From assembly GCF_009834535.1 (NCBI RefSeq), contig NC_045717.1, forward strand, positions 24,738,001 through 24,802,000: a stretch of 64,000 nt of DNA. Direction: 5' to 3'. The position numbers and the translations under genes are program-made. This DNA comes from Camelus ferus (Eukaryota). Shown piece after piece: positions 13,981 through 33,650 of the stretch (position 1 is its first letter; the number at the start of each line of letters is the position of its first letter). The notes below the pieces were generated by a model. It worked only from the letters and a program-made list of their open reading frames with translations, was not told the DNA's origin and ran no database searches.

Positions 13981-15291
13981 CTCACTCCAGCAGACCTCTG
14001 CTCCCCGCTAGTTCCGCCTCCCCACCCACAGTAAACCCTTGGAATCTGCACGAACCGCAACCTACCCTGCTCAAGAGCTCTTCATGGCTCCCCGATGCCC
14101 ACGGGCCGCGGAGCTCAAATTTTCTTGTATCAAAAGCAGGAAGCAAGAAAACAATGTATATTTCATGGCTTATCCCTTAAAATTATAAGTCTCAGGGCAA
14201 GAATGAGGCGAAATTTAAGAAAGCGTCCCAAATGACTCAGTCAACAAGATAAGTATGTGTGATATTTTTTAAACAAAAATTAATGCAAAAATATAATCCA
14301 TGATGAAGAAAATACTCATTTAAGTAGAGAGAATCCATCTCTGCGGTTGCACACGTGACCTCCTAAACCTCACCCCAGTTCATTCACTTCATCCGAACTA
14401 TGACTCTGCAGGGTTTTGTTTTACTTTTGCTACACTTTATTTTGAAAAGGGTGCAAAACTAGCACCCTTCACTCTAATGTACCCTTCACCCAGCTTTCCC
14501 CAGTGGTAATAGCTTTCATAACCACAGTGTGTTGTCAAAACCAGGAAGTTGATGTTGATACCATGCAGGCAGCTGAGGTACAGGCACTTGGATTTCACCA
14601 GTCTTTACATGCACCTTTTTTGTTGGTGGTGGTGGCGATGTCTAGTTTTATGAATTTGAATTTCATGTAAATTCTTAACAACCGTCAAGGTTCGAACAGT
14701 TGAAGGTGTGATAATGGTATTATTGGCTGTATTTTATTTATTTATGGCTGAGTCTTTGTGAAAAATACAGGAGGGCATGTTTACAGAGGAAATGGTATAG
14801 GATTTGCTTTACAATAATGAGGAGGGCCTGGGGAAGGATAGATGAAACAAAATGGACTGTCAGTTGCTTATTGTTGAGGCCTGAGGACAGACTCAAGAGG
14901 GAGTCATGATATTCAGTAGGTAAGACTCTGAGTTCTCCCAGAGCTGCCAGAACAGGCTCTTTCCCTGTGGTCAGCAATCTGGTGGACCCCAGTTTTCTAA
15001 TGATGAAATCCAGACATTGGCAAAGCCAGAATCTTAATCCAGGTCTGACCTTCTTCAAACACCACAGTTGTAAACTGCATCAGACTCTAACGTCCCATAT
15101 TCAGTGATAATCTCCCCCTATATTCAAATACCTACTCTATGCCAGGCTGTTTTGAATTAGAGATGGGCAAACATTTCCTGCAAGGGGCTGTACAGAGACA
15201 GTTGTCAGGCTAGATTTGACACTTTCTTCTTCCTCATTCCTTCTTCCCTCCTTCCCTTTCCTCTTTCCTTAAATCCCGTGTTTTTTTTAAA

Positions 15292-15955
15292 NNNNNNNNN
15301 NNNNNNNNNNNNNNNNNNNNNNNNNNNNNNNNNNNNNNNNNNNNNNNNNNNNNNNNNNNNNNNNNNNNNNNNNNNNNNNNNNNNNNNNNNNNNNNNNNNN
15401 NNNNNNNNNNNNNNNNNNNNNNNNNNNNNNNNNNNNNNNNNNNNNNNNNNNNNNNNNNNNNNNNNNNNNNNNNNNNNCTCTCCTAGACNNNNNNNNNNNN
15501 NNNNNNNNNNNNNNNNNNNNNNNNNNNNNNNNNNNNNNNNNNNNNNNNNNNNNNNNNNNNNNNNNNNNNNNNNNNNNNNNNNNNNNNNNNNNNNNNNNNN
15601 NNNNNNNNNNNNNNNNNNNNNNNNNNNNNNNNNNNNNNNNNNNNNNNNNNNNNNNNNNNNNNGAATGGTCCACTGCATGGATGGGCCATTTGTTTATCCA
15701 TTTATCTGTCAATGGACACTTGTTTCTGTCTTTTGGATGTTGTGAACAGTGTTGCTAATATGAACATGGGTGTCCAAATAGCCNNNNNNNNNNNNNNNNN
15801 NNNNNNNNNNNNNNNNNNNNNNNNNNNNNNNNNNNNNNNNNNNNNNNNNNNNNNNNNNNNNNNNNNNNNNNNNNNNNNNNNNNNNNNNNNNNNNNNNNNN
15901 NNNNNNNNNNNNNNNNNNNNNNNNNNNNNNNNNNNNNNNNNNNNNNNNNNNNNNN
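15292..15955. other. N-runs 15292-15477 (186), 15489-15662 (174), 15784-15955 (172); others at 26037-26168 (132), 41976-42127 (152), 42989-43130 (142)
   Basis: Counted directly from the sequence. Confidence 0.97.
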
Positions 15956-16660
15956 CTACCTGTTTGTGTGTTTTTAATAATAGCCATCCAAACAGATGTG
16001 CAGTGGTATCTCATTGGGGCTTTGATTTGAATTCCCTAAGGATTAATGATTAGGATTCTCTTTGGGTTTATTTTTTTTTCATGTGCTTATTGGCCATTTG
16101 TATATCTTCTGTGAAAAAATGTCAACTCAAGTCTTTTACCCATTTTTTCAAAAACAGGTTGTTTGTTTCTTGTGTTGTTGAGGTGTAAGTGTCCTGTATG
16201 TATTCTGGACATTAATCCCTCATCAGATTTATGTTTTGTAACATTTTCTCCCATTTTCTGGGTTGCCTGACAATAGTATTAAGATGTCAAGGGAGAAGCT
16301 ACACAGCTCAGTGGTAGAGTGCGTGCTCAGCATGCATGAGGTCCTGGGTTCAATCCCCAGTACCTCCATTAAATAAAAAAAAAAAGCCTAATTACTCCCC
16401 CTCCAAAAAAAAAAAAAAACCATGTCAATACGATCCGAATTGATCTACAGATTCAATGCAATGCCTGTTGAAGTCCCAACCATGTTTTACAGGGGTAGAA
16501 AATCTCAGGGGGTCCCAAACTGCCAACAGAATCTTGGAAAAGAACAAACTTAAGGACTCACACTCCCTCGTTTCAAAATTTATTATAAAGCTACATAAGT
16601 AAAACAGTGTGGTCCCAGCATCCACACAGGCACGCAGACCAGCGGAATAGAAGTGAGAGC
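15663..16660. mobile_element. L1 ORF2/3' fragments: minus-strand segment 15663-16265 joined to plus-strand segment 16268-16660
   Basis: Minus: GAAAATGGGAGAAAAT, AAATGGCCAATAAGCACATGAA. Plus: GATCTACAGATTCAATGCAAT, AAAGCTAC..AAAACAGTGTGG. Confidence 0.8.
16291..16419 (+). mobile_element. tRNA-Ala(AGC)-derived camelid SINE (Vic-1 type)
   Basis: tRNA-Ala head with A/B boxes, A-rich linker, CCTAATTAC..CCCCCTCC unit, poly(A). ATGTCAA duplicated on both flanks (16284-16290, 16422-16428). Confidence 0.88.
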
Positions 16661-16735
16661 TGGTTTTATGTTATATGTATCCTACCAAAGTTTTTTTTAA
16701 ATATAAAAAAAGAAAAAAAGTACTTGGCTGCCTTT

Positions 16736-16874
16736 ATTTTTCTTTTTTTTTATTGGGGGGAGGTAATTAGGTTTATTTATTTATTTGTATTTGGAGGGGG
16801 CACTGGAGGTTGAACCCAGGACTTTGTGCGTGCTAAGCATGCGCTCTGCCACTTGATCTGTACCCCCCCCCCCC
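16736..16874 (-). mobile_element. Vic-1-type SINE
   Basis: Same consensus in reverse; 10-bp TSD GGCTGCCTTT at 16726-16735 and 16875-16884. Confidence 0.88.
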
Positions 16875-17384
16875 GGCTGCCTTTTCTTCTAGGGGACAAA
16901 ATGTTAAACAGGTACAAGGCCCCATCCCTTCTTTGCCAGACCCACCGCTTCCCAAGTTGATCTTTGTGATCGCTTTACCCTGTACCCTTTCTCCAGTATG
17001 ATAAGTATGTTATTTTTTGAAAAACCGAAAGAAAGAGAAGCTGAGAACATTTAAAAGGGCCAGTGTGGAAAATGGCTGGGTTGGCTGCCATTTGGAAAAA
17101 CCGAGGTCAATTAACCTTTGACCCACCAACTCCACTTCCCATAGAAATCACTGCAATGCTGCTGATGGTAATAATACCGGCTAATACTGTCAAACCCTGT
17201 TTTAAGCACTCAGATTGTGTCACCATTTCATCCCCACACCAACCCCGTGCAATAGGTACCATTATTGGGTCCAATTGACAGATGAGAACAGCGAGATCTT
17301 GAGTGGTTAAGTGACTTGCCCAAGTCACCTAGGAAAACAAGCACATTGAAATTGCATCTGAATATTCAGGGAAAAGCTGAAGTT

Positions 17385-17630
17385 GCAGCTCAAGTCTGAA
17401 GGCCGTCTCTTGGTGAAATTGCTTCTTGCTTGGGGAGATCAGATTTTTATTCTAGTCTGATTGGATGAGGCCCATCCATATTCGGGACGGGAATCTGCTT
17501 TACTTAACAGTCCATGGATTTAAAGATCAATCTTTCTCAAAAACACCATAGAAACATCCAAGTATTGTTTGACCAAGTATCTGGGCACCACTGTGACTCA
17601 GCCTAGTGGACACATAAAATTAACCAGCAC
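17385..17630. mobile_element. MLT2 (ERVL) LTR fragment
   Basis: CTGATTGGATGAGGCCCATCCA..GTTTGACCAAGTATCTGGGCAC..GACACATAAAATTAACCA. Confidence 0.65.
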
Positions 17631-17764
17631 CCAGGGTAAGATAGGCTTTGTCTTTGGGAGGAGCCTGGTGCAGTCACCCAGGCACGTGATGATGGGGTCC
17701 TGGACCAAGGTGGGGGCCAGAGAGGATGGGGTGAAATGGACAGAATCAAAGGGCTTGTTTTCAC

Positions 17765-18090
17765 TGTTCAATTTAATGAGTTTTACTATCACCATAATAT
17801 AATTTTAAAACATTTCTGTCACCCCCCAAAGAAACCTCATCCCCATTAGCAGTCACCCCCTCCCCCTCCCCAGCCCCTGGCAACCACGAACCCACTCTCT
17901 GTGTCTGTGGATTGGCCTGTTCTGGAGGTTTCACATCGGTGGAATTACACCCTATGTGGTTTTTTGTGTCTGGCTTTTCTCACTGAGTATCATGTATTCA
18001 GGGTTCATCCACCTTGTAGCACGTGTCATTCCTTTTTATGGCTGAATAATATTCCACTGTGTGGCTAGACCACATTTTCTTTATCCATTC
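17765..18090 (-). mobile_element. Old L1M 3' fragment; similar pieces at ~22200-22560, 41660-42250 and 58150-58830
   Basis: CCCATTAGCAGTCAC..CTGGCAACCAC..GTGTCTGGCTT..CACTGAG..GGCTGAATAATATTCCA. Confidence 0.7.
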
Positions 18091-18349
18091 CTCAGCCCCC
18101 ACTGTCTCCTCTGTAGACTAGCACAATCCCCAAGGCCATGCCCTGCCCCCCCACAACAGTCTGTCCTCCCCACAGAAGCCACTAGTGGGCGACCATGAGC
18201 ACCTGAGTCAGGTCCTGCCTATCCTCTGCCCACAGCCCACCAGCCCTCCAGGGATCCCACTTTCCTCAGTGTAAAAGCCCAATTCTTCCTGGTGACCCAC
18301 AAGCCCTGCCGGACTCGCTCCCTTCCTCCCTCTCTCCCCCTCACTCACT

Positions 18350-18740
18350 CTGCTTCAATCACATCCTTGTAGTTCCTCTGGCACACCAGTATTGGTACTG
18401 CCCCAGGACCTTTGCACAGGCTGTTCCTCCCACCTAGAATGCCTTTCCTCCAGACATCCGCAATTGCCCCCTCTCTGATCTCCTTCAGGGTTCTGCTCTG
18501 ATATCTCCTTATACCTATAAAGTATCTGCTATCATCTGCCCCCAGGACCCTGTTCCCTAACCCTATTTCACTTCCCTCCAGAGCACTTCTCACCATCTGA
18601 CATGGCATATATTTATTTATTGCCCCCCCCACCATCTCTCACTAGAATATAAACCCCACCAGGACAGGAATGCTTGCTCTCACTCAAAATCTGGATGATG
18701 GGAGGTGCTCACTAAATATGTATCGGTTGAATGAATACCA
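18350..18740. mobile_element. L2 fragment
   Basis: CAGGACCTTTGCACAGGCTGTTCC..CTAGAATATAAAC..GTGCTCACTAAATATGT..GTTGAATGAAT. Confidence 0.6.
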
Positions 18741-18768
18741 TCTGCTCTCTAAACGTTTGGATCAGGCA

Positions 18769-18875
18769 GGTGGATATAGCTCAAATGGTAGAACACATGC
18801 TTAGCATGCACGAGGTCCTGAGTTCAATCCCCAGTACCTCCATCAAAAAACAAATTTAAAAAATAAAGTAAAAAT
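18769..18875 (+). mobile_element. Vic-1-type SINE, short form
   Basis: tRNA-Ala-like head directly followed by an A-rich tail. Confidence 0.85.
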
Positions 18876-18911
18876 TTAGAGCACATCATTTAAGTAAATA
18901 ATCAAATATAA

Positions 18912-19110
18912 GGTTTTTCTCAACCTCAGCATTATGGACATTCAGGACCAGATCATTCTCTGCGGGGCTGTCCCAGGCACTGGGGGGTGTGGAGCAGCAC
19001 CCCTGGCCCCCACTCATTTGATGCCAGGAGCAGCCCCAGTTGTGATGACCACACATGTCCTCAGATATGACCCAGGGTCCCCTGGGGGCAGGGTCGCTCC
19101 TGGATATGTT
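18912..19110 (-). mobile_element. MER20-like hAT MITE
   Basis: TTTCTCAACCTCAGCATTATGGACATT..GGGGCTGTCCC..AGCAGCACCCCTGGCC. Confidence 0.75.
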
Positions 19111-19991
19111 CCAGTGATGTAGGATTACTGAGTTCATCTTACGAATGCAGCTTACATCAGGCACGGGTAGTACTGGGGTTCTGCTCATTGGGGTCTTCAC
19201 ACATATACTCCCCTAACTCTGGGGAGCCACACATCCCAGGGGCCTGGGATAAACCTAGTTTACAATCATCCTCCTGGTGTAAACACATTAGCATCCCTTT
19301 TGCTTTCAGAATCCTTATGGTTGGCACTTTGGTGAACGGACTCATCCACTCAAACTGGAATCAGGCACAGTGTATGACTCAGCAATCCCTCTCGGAGGGA
19401 CGTACCCAACACAAATGCTGTTGAGACACGTGCTAGAATGTTCCATAGCAGCATTAGTCATAACCGCCCCAAACTGGAAACAACCCAAAGACCCACCAGC
19501 AATGAAAAAGATAAATAAATTGCACCCTGGTCTCAAAAGAACAGAGCTGTGAGAATAGATAAAGCTCAGCCATCCGTAACCTGGACAAACCATATAAATG
19601 TTGAGTGCAAGAAGCCGTATTTAAAAGAAGCCATGCTGCGTGATTCAACTTGTAGGAAATTCAAAGATAGGGCCCCCTAAGATCTGTTGTTGAAAGACAT
19701 GATGCTGGGTATCTTTGGGTGGTAGTGACTGGAAGAGGCACAAGGGGGATTTCTGGGGTTTCTGAGGGCTGGTCACTCGCTATCTTGAGTTTCACATTGC
19801 TTGTGAACACAGTCAGATTTTACACATTTAACTTATGCCCTTTCTGCATATTATTTAAACTTCAGTCACAACTTTGCAAATGTAAATACCAAACATTTTT
19901 TTAAAAAGGAAAAAAAACAACAAAAAACAATTTTGAGATGTAAAGTTTTCCTATTTAGGTGATGAATTATGGGGACACACTTATCCTAGAG

Positions 19992-20322
19992 CAAGGGGCT
20001 CTTAAACTATGACCCACAGGCCATATCCCCCCCTACTGCCTGCGTTTGTATGCCCCAGGAGCTAAGAATTTTTTTGCTATTTTTTAATGATTGGGGGTGG
20101 GGAATCAAAAGAAACATAATTCATGTCATGTGAAAATTGTGTGAAATTCACATTTTAGGGCCCGTAAGTAAAGTTTTAGTGGCACACAGCTATGCCCATT
20201 TGTGTATATGTCATCTGTGGCTGCTTATGTGCAGAGTTGAGTAGCTGGGAGCAAAACCATGCGGCCTGAAAAACCAAAATAGTTTTTACTTGGCCCTTTT
20301 TAGAAATAGCTTAGCTGACCTT
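19992..20322 (-). mobile_element. MER58B-like hAT-Charlie element
   Basis: AAACTATGACCCACAGGCC..AAAGTTTTAGTGGCACACAGC..GCAGAGTTGAGTAG..TGGCCCTTTTTAGAAA. Confidence 0.7.
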
Positions 20323-21523
20323 TGTCTCAGAGTCATGCCCTGACCAGTCCATCTAAAGCAGCCCCCTCTGCTCTTTTTACAGAGTCATACGCTGTTTCTT
20401 CACTGTGCCTCCCACCTCAGGGTATTTGCTGTTCCCTCTCCTTGGAATGTCCTTTCCCACTTTGGCCCAGCGAGAGCTTTCCCATCTTTCAGGTAACAGT
20501 TGAGGAGTCACCTCCTCCAGGCAGCCTTCCAGGATTCCCCAGGCTGGATCATAGACTTCTCCGCCCTATCCTCTCCTTTGTTCATTCTCTCTCTGCTTCC
20601 TGGAGCAATTCAAAAGTTTCAATTTGTGCATATGTTTGACTATTTCTTTCACCAGCAGGTCAGCTCCCCAAGGGCAGGGATTATTTTTTTTCCTACCACG
20701 GGCTCTCAGGAAAACATTTGTTAGACCGATGAGTGGCGAGTCTGAGGGATGTGAGGAATTCTAGGCAAAAAGGTTGAGCCAGGCCACAAAGCTGATGGGT
20801 GTGTTTGCAGGCGGGGAAGGGCGGGGTGTGTGGAAAGTCCCTCAGCCTGGAGGTCCCAGGGGACAACTTACAAACAGTGAAATGCAAAACAGTTTGCCTA
20901 GGGCTCTAATCAAGTCCCTAAGGGCCTGCTGGGAGCCATCACTGAAGGCTGAATCCTGAACTGACGCTAACCTTCACTTGCCCTGTTGGAGTCTCAGTTT
21001 TAGCCTCTATAAACTGGATTGCCACAGCTAGACCCCTCTGAAGGTGCCAAGCAAACCTGTCTACACAGCTCAGTGATCTTAGGAACCAACCCTGGACTGC
21101 CCATTCTCACCACGCAGCCCCGCTAGACCTCCCTAAACCCAACTGTCCAACCATCCAGAGAAGGTAGTACATCCCTTCCTAAGGTCATACCAGAACATTC
21201 CATGCTACAGAACCTTCCTAGAGCATATGGTAGGACGACCCAACCCTGCTCGCACTCATCCTGGACCCTGAGGCAAAAGGAGAAATCTATAATACTCCTT
21301 CTATCTTTATTTTAAATTTTGATGCTTTGTTCTTCATGGATTTTTCTGGCATTTATTTGAATTTTAAAAAGTGATGTTAAAATATCATCATGACAGTTTT
21401 TGGAGCTCCCTAAATTTTGTGGTCGAGGAGAATGCCTCCCTCTCTGCACCAGAGCAGGAGTGCTAACAAATGTTCCTGGAAGGAATGGTTGCAATATACA
21501 AAATCTAGTGTTTCTATCTCACA

Positions 21524-21897
21524 GTGTTTTAGTTTGCTGGGGCAGCCACAACAAAACGCCACAGGATGGGTCACTTAAACAGCAGAAATTTATTGTTTCT
21601 CAGTTTTGGGAGCCAGAAGTCCAGATCAAGGTATTGGCAGGGTTGGTTTCTGCCAATGCCTCTCTCCTTGGCTTGCAGACTTGTAAATTTGCCTGCTTCT
21701 TCTGTCTTCACAGGGTCTCCCTCTGAGCCAGTCATCTCCTAATATGACTAGTGTCAGTTTAGGGCCCACCCTAAAGACCTCATTTTAACTTAATTGCCTC
21801 TTTCTAGCCCTATCTCCAAATAATGTCACATCCTGAGGTACTGGGGAGTTAAGACTTCAGTATATGAATTTGGGAGGGGGGTCAATTCAGCCCAATG
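21524..21897. mobile_element. MLT1 LTR
   Basis: ACAACAAAACGCCACAGGATGGG..CAGAAATTTATT..AAGTCCAGATCAAGGT..GGGCCCACCCTAAAGACCTCATTTTAAC. Confidence 0.7.
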
Positions 21898-24779
21898 TAG
21901 GAGTAGTCATCAATTGGGCTTCCTATATGCCAGGCACTGTGTTAGGTGCTTTATTTTGCTTTGTTTATTTTAACGTGTTTAAGACTCACAAAAGCCCCAT
22001 AATAAAATGGTTTCTGTTATTAGTCAACATTTTACATGAAGAATCTGAGGTTCAGAGAGGTTATGTAACTTGCCCAAGGTCACACAGTCCATGAGGGCAG
22101 AACCTAAACTCAGGATTTCTGGCTTCAGGTTAATCAATTCTGAAATACATCTAGGAAATAGTAGTGGGGCAGAGTTTGCTCCCTGATTAAAAAATGCTTT
22201 TTAAAATTGTGGTAAAATATGTATCACATAAAATTTACCATTTTAATCGTTTTTGTAATGTACTTAATGCACTAAACATGCCCAACAGCCATCTTCAGGA
22301 CTTTTCCATCTTCCCAAACTGAAACTCTGCCCCCAACTAAACACTGGCTCCCCCTCCCCTCCCCCAGCCCCCAGCCTCCACCACTTTACTATCTGTCTCT
22401 TTGACTTCTCTAGCGACTTCATATAGATAGAATTATACAGTATTTGTCCTTTTGTGTCTGGCTTATTTCACTGAGCATCATGTTTATTCATGTGGCGGTA
22501 GCCTGTGTCTGAATTTCCTCCCTTTTTAAGGCTAAATAGTATTCCACTCTATGGATGGATCACTAAGCCATGCCTTTTTGAGTCACTTGCTTCCGCCGTT
22601 ATTAGCTATATGACCTGGGGAAAATCACTAAACTTCTCTGAGCCTGTTTGCTCCTGCATAAATAAGCCCACACAAAGCCCCCAGTGTGGAAAGAATTAAG
22701 TGAATTAACTGTTTCAGAGTGGTAATGGGCATCAAATAAGCCCTCAACAGCATGGAAACGGAGACGTAAGGGGCGTGCAGTGACGGCCTCTGGTCAGCAG
22801 GGGCCGCTGCCGCGGCCTCCTTGCCCTCCCCGCGCCGCAGCGGGCGCATGCGCAGCGGAGCCTCCCTGCAGAGGGTACTTTTTTTTCTCGCGGTTCTTCC
22901 CCGCCCTTTACCCCCGCATTTATTTGTTACTGCAGACTCTGAGCCTGGCTGTGGCTGTTTTTGCTCTCTGCTGAAGCTGTGCTCCTTCTCTAGGCTCCTG
23001 CTAAACGTGGGTCTGGGGATGGTAGTGGGGAGAGGTCCCCTGCGAACCTGTACGTGCTGCTGTGGGGTTTTACATCTCTGCATGGAGAGTTACAGTGGGG
23101 AGGGAATGTCTTAAATCTCCTTATTCTCTTCAAATTCTTCCCGGCTTCTTTACCTTACACTAAGTTAAAATTTCTCAATAATCAGTCTATTCACTTGCGA
23201 GCAAATTCAACCCTGTTTATGAAAATCTTTGCTTTTCATCTCTGAAATGCTCCAATTTGCAAGGAAGTGCTGCGAAGTGCCTGATATCGAGCCCAGCACA
23301 CAATGGGTGCTGAGTGCATTTAAACATTTTTAAAAATTAAAATAAACATATTAAGAACGGGAAACTGGATACCCATCTGCTGAATACACGTCCCCGGAAT
23401 AGCGCATGCGCTTGCCTTGTAAAATTAACAGGGTCACGAACACAGGTGCAGGTGTTTGAAGATCCCGGATTGAGCACGGGGAGTGACATCTGCTGCCTGA
23501 CACTGCCGCTCTGAGCCTCGATTATTCAACAGATATTTACTGAGCAGTTCCTACCTGCCTTGGTTAAACGCAGTATGGTGTTAGCAATCTTCGATTACAC
23601 GAAATCAGGGCCGTGACAGCACTTTACAAAGCAAAATGCGCAAAGCGTTTTCCAGAAGAGGAAGAGTGCACAGGCTTATTTTAGAGTTCAGACTTGAACT
23701 TGCGTGGCTTTTTACAGATGTACATCTCCCCTTCTCCTAGCGCAGGGAAAGCACTGCAGTCCACCTCCTTTTGACCGAGTGAGTTTAAGAGATTTACTGA
23801 AGGGGATTTATTTGCGCTAAAAAGAATACTATTCATTGATGCAAGAAATACTGAGTGCCTACAGTGAACCAGACATTAAGCTGGGCTCTTTATTAAGAAT
23901 GAATATACTGAATTGAATGCCAATTCGTTCCCTGGAGCCAAAGATTTGGGAACTACAACCGTTTCTTAGGGTCATATTAGGACACAAACACAAAACAGTC
24001 TTCCTGCGCCTCCTCCTGGAGAAGAAATGAAACAGAAAATGAGATTGCGTATGTAAACAAGCTCTGAGCCCCCGTGCCTGCGACATGGCAAAACAGTCCC
24101 TGAAATGCTTTATTAATAGTCATGGTAGCTAATCTGTATATTCAGAACTGTGTCAGTCACAGCGCTAGTCCTTTTACATCTATTTAGTTAATTTTACTCT
24201 CCCCCAAACAGTGAGGTAGCACTGATTACCCTCATTGTGCAGATGAGGAAACTGAATAGAAGAAAATCCAAGTATCTAGTGTAAGAACACTTACAGTGGC
24301 GGAGCTAGTAAGGTGTTTTGTTCACTGTTATACCCACAGTGCTATATCTATAGCAATGCCTGGTATAGTAGATGTTCAATCTGTCTTTGTGGAATAAACT
24401 AATGATTAATACCTGGTTTTTAAAAAGCTTTATATTTTGAAATAGACAGGTAGTTGCAAAAATAGTACAGAGAGGTCCCCAGTACTCTTCCTTCAGCTTC
24501 TCCTAGTGCTGTCGTTTTACATAACAATATCAATCCCAGGAAATTGACCTTGGTACAATCTGCAGATCCTATTCGGATTGTAATATGCTTTAAATAGAAG
24601 TGCTTGGCATTTTGCAAACTGATACAGTTGCTGTGATACAACGTTCTCAGCTAAAACGGCGCTCTTCGCTTTTTGCATCTGAGTATTGCATCCTGGAAAC
24701 TTGTACGCAGCTCTGAGCCAACCACGCCCCAGGGAAATCCAAGCGCGGAAGGCAGACGTTCCAACCTAGAGCGACCGCA

Positions 24780-24945
24780 CGGACACCTAAGGGGTTGCGC
24801 CTAAGGGGTTACCCGAGGGAAGGGCGTCCATGCGCCTGCGCGCGGCGTCCCTTCGCCCCGCCCTCGAAGCGCGATCAGATGACCCACCCAACCGGCGTCG
24901 GCCTATAAAAGCTCAGGTGTTGACGTCAGTGTTCTCTTCCGCCGT
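24780..24945 (+). promoter_or_regulatory. EEF2 core promoter with TATA box, CRE and 5'TOP start
   Basis: TATAAAA 24904-24910, TGACGTCA 24921-24928, TOP start CTCTTCC at ~24934, GC box ~24855, NRF1-like ATGCGCCTGCGC ~24831. Confidence 0.92.
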
Positions 24946-25016
24946 CGTCGCCGCCATCCTCGGCGCGGCTTACCGCTGTTGGATCTGCTAGGGAGAATCC
25001 ACCGCCATCCGCCACC

Positions 25017-33138
<8,122 letters not shown>

Positions 33139-33644
33139 GCGGGCTCCCTGCAGCCTGCCTCCTGGTGGGACTCAGCGCAGCCCCCGCGCCTGGGAACAGG
33201 TGACCACAGCAACAAGCCCCCACATTCTCCACGACACTTTGAGACTGTCCAGACCCAGTAATTCTCTGCCTGACCGGTTTCTGGGGCCTACTCCGTGCCA
33301 TCGCTCAACATGAACACTTGATGACGTTTTCTTTCGATATTTATTTCCAGATTTGAGGCAACAGAAATATCCTTACAGCAGGGACTTACCTGGCCTGTGG
33401 GGATGGGGAGATGGGACACCCAACACTTGATTTTGTTTCTTCAGAGGGAAACTCAAATGTCCATAAAAAAATTAAAACAAATTGCATTAAGAGGTTTATT
33501 TGGGTAAATGGTCCGTAGTGGATTTTCCTCTAGAAGGGGGAAGGAACAAGCGGGTAGACGTTCTCTTTGGACAGAAACTAGAAGGCAGGAAATCCTGTGC
33601 AGTGTCACCATGAGCACCTCCAGCTGTACTAGTGCCATTGGAAT

Positions 33645-33650
33645 AATAAA
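33645..33650 (+). terminator. EEF2 polyadenylation signal
   Basis: AATAAA ~500 nt after the stop, followed by a GT-rich (TG)n downstream element at ~33669-33682. Confidence 0.88.

Noticed and set aside
12792-14060. Long ORFs of 199-247 aa on both strands over the PIAS4 promoter
   Set aside because: Stop-poor CpG island giving Ala/Arg/Pro/Gly low complexity; only MAAELVEAK is coding.
15205-16053. ORFs containing long X runs
   Set aside because: Artefacts of N-runs within L1 sequence.
16291-16367. tRNA-Ala gene calls here and at the other five copies
   Set aside because: A-rich tails, TSDs and stem mismatches show they are SINEs.
19950-19959. Perfect CArG CCTATTTAGG
   Set aside because: Isolated among repeats; within chance expectation.
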